Assembly: GCF_006345805.1 (NCBI RefSeq)
Contig: NC_043011.1
Coordinates: 22,394,464 to 22,458,463 of the forward strand
Length of the DNA stretch: 64,000 nucleotides
From: Octopus sinensis
Lineage: Eukaryota
Direction: 5' to 3'
In this document: in pieces, positions 61,512 to 64,000 of the stretch
Position numbering within the stretch: the first letter of the stretch is position 1
Layout: every line of letters begins with the position of its first letter
The notes under the pieces: model-generated
The model's database searches: none
Told to the model about the DNA's origin: nothing
The model's input: only the letters and a program-made list of their open reading frames with translations
Program-made: the position numbers and the translations under genes

Positions 61512-62123
61512 ATTGCTGTTTTGGGGTCAATGAATATTCTATCTTCTTTTCCTAATGACATTTTTCTAAAATATGTAAAACAATATATACTAAAGGCTAG
61601 TCTCAACAAAATGCAAAAATTGTATTAAAAATGAAATTGTAACAAAATAAAGAAGTAAAAAATTTATATGACATTTAAAGGGTAATGGGACTTCTAAATC
61701 ATTTTGTATATTATTGTTAGAGTAAACAGTCTGCAGTTGAAATTTACCATATTTTATAGAAGTAATCTTAAGGTATCTACACCACTTCTCATATCCATTC
61801 CTGGAGGAAAAGGTTTTTAAGATGATCAGAACACATTGTAAGATCTCGCCAAATTGTATAGCCCAATAATTTTCCAGCCACATAGTGGTGACCTTATAAT
61901 GAAGTAGTGGTAAATGTTCAGAGCTGGTAGGGATAATTGACTCTTAGAAAATAATTGTTGTTAAATGTTAAACAGTTTGCAGTAGAAATTTAGTGTATTT
62001 TATAAAATTTATAAAACTGGAGAGGAGAGCTGTAAAACAGTTCTATGTAGATCAGTGGTTCACATATTTCCTCCCTGCCTCCTATGATGTCAAATATGCC
62101 TTGCTGCCATTTGTTCAGTAGTC

Positions 62124-62341
62124 TAACCCTTTAGCATTCAGATAAGTATGTGAATGTAATGCTTATTTGCTCACATGGTTTTGAATTAATCCTGCATTAT
62201 CTCATAGCTTTGAGATTTTGATTGTTTATTTTTAGAATGACGTTGTAGACAAGGTCTGAGAGGCTGGATCAAGCTGATTTGAAAATAAAACAGGTAGAAT
62301 ATTTGGGTTGGATGTGGCTGGTTTAAATGCTAAAGAGTTAA
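62124..62341 (+). mobile_element. piggyBac-like MITE
   Basis: TAACCCTTTAGCATTCAG...AATGCTAAAGAGTTAA. Confidence 0.75.
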
Positions 62342-62419
62342 ACTATTAACATGGAAATAAACATCCTCTTTTTAATCCATACCTCAATTTCAATGCCATA
62401 TATTTCAGACAAATGCTCC

Positions 62420-63425
62420 CCTAATACATGGAGAGACTTAGCTTCATAGACGTAGAGAAAGTGATGCATTTTGGAAGTTAGGCAACTTGCATAACCCTGA
62501 CAGTTTATGAAATGGGTACCTCCTTATCTGGACAGAGTAGTCATGGTTTCTGCAAGCTGTAATGAAGATGTACTGTAGGAGAGCAGAAACTCAGAATCAA
62601 AGACTGAAATAGAGTAGCAAGAAATGAACTATCTTGAAATAGCACATCTTTAGTGCTGATAGTATAGAATTCTCCTTGATCCAGCTGCAAAGTAGTTGAT
62701 GACATCCAGCTAAGAAAACCATGTCAACATTTTGACAGTCACATATACAATGGAATCTATAGTTATGTACAGAGGATTAATATTATCAGTAGTGGGATGC
62801 ACAATGTAACCTGTCGATACATGAAGTGCAGCAGGATCACAGAGAAGAAAGACTTAATCTGTGACATGCACAAGTGTGGTTAGCAGTAAGAACATCCATA
62901 AATGAATTCTTTTAAAATACTTAAAGTATTCTGAAAGCTCAGTAGCCAGAGTGAGAACAGGATGGAAAAAGTTTAAAGAGTTATTTCTTTTGCTGGTAAC
63001 AAATAGATTCCCTCTTCAAGTAAAGGGTAGATTGTATGAAACTTGTCTGAAGTACAGTGTTGCTTGATTGCAAGACACAGGCATTGATTATAATGGATAT
63101 ACAAAAGTTAGAAGGAAATAAGGTGAGCATGCTCCCACTTGAGTGTAATGTTGATGTGCATAAATGACAGAGCACAAATGGAGCAGAGAGCAAAACAGGA
63201 TATGAGAAGAAGCAGATATAGTATGCTCAAGAGATGTGTAAAGAAGTACCAGCAATCCAAGTAGAAGGGAGCCAGGAAAGAGGAAGACTGAGGAAGTCAT
63301 GGGAAGAAGTGAAGGAAAATCTCAAAAGGAGATGACAAAGATCAACAATAATAGGTGAGATGCTGTGCCAGAAAAGATCTGTCTAACCTGTGGGTAAAAT
63401 GGATGTAAGCCTGATGATGTGGAAG
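62420..63425 (+). mobile_element. Decayed RTE LINE relic
   Basis: SESSVARVRTGWKKFKELFLLL...LQVKGRLYETCL (62930-63050), an upstream FIDVEK relic and a (GAT)n tail. Confidence 0.72.
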
Positions 63426-64000
63426 TCAAACAAAAAATTAAATAGTAAACATCAGTTTTTAAGCTTTGATTTCATCTTCAACAGTTTTGTTTACCCTGTA
63501 ACTAATGGAGATTCTTGACTAAATATTTTAGTGTGATAGAAAATATATAGTTATACATTGTACGTGACCTCACTTGACCTTGTATTTGGTTACTAAAATG
63601 CTAGTAAAAATTATGATGAGATTTTAATAGAAGATTGAAAACAAAAAGATCATTATTTGTCATAATTTTTTTTGTTATATACCAGCATTGTTGGTGAAAT
63701 AACAAATAGAAGTGTACTTAAATTGATGTTTTAGTATAATATATAAACAAATTCATTATGTTTTAAATTCATTCATACTTGTCTGCAGCAGATTTGGCTG
63801 AAGGTAATATATGCTCAGGAAACACTGTCTACAGACAATTGAAACAAATACCAGAAATAACGTAATTATTATCTCCTATATTGAAAGTCACTGACCTTGT
63901 TTGTGAAGATATCGGTTTTTCTTTTTTATCTTCATCTGTCTGGTATTGCATCACTTGCCCATTATAAATATGGAACATTGATAAAATCAAACTAATCTTA

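Noticed and set aside
61590-61883. 97-aa ORF as a transposase relic or gene exon
   Set aside because: Only a vague ENYW-like motif; no TIRs, splice context or clear homology.

Overview
AT-rich, microsatellite-rich eukaryotic DNA. The SINE, RTE and Helitron families look like those of an Octopus (cephalopod) genome; this is recognition from memory, not a database search. One host gene is well supported: a + strand dipeptidyl peptidase 8/9 (DPP8/9) gene. Its first coding exon lies at 45984-46475, and a probable non-coding first exon and CpG-retaining promoter lie near 18 kb. The rest is intergenic or intronic and packed with mobile elements: a Penelope-like (PLE) RT/GIY-YIG ORF running off the left edge, a decayed Mag-like Gypsy LTR element without integrase, a mariner, a DD37D (maT) transposon, three non-autonomous Helitrons (two with cargo), RTE LINE relics, piggyBac/hAT/mariner MITEs and many tRNA-SINEs. 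The most striking structure is at 13.5-15.6 kb: a tandem and inverted array of PLE-type repeats holding six minimal type I hammerhead ribozyme motifs. In it, an inverted copy of the adjacent genomic flank sits between ribozyme repeats, giving a retrozyme-like unit of about 380 nt. Decayed hammerheads also occur at 24.3, 24.8 and 31.1 kb. Most short ORFs in the supplied track are spurious readings of repeats. Boundaries of degenerate repeats are approximate.
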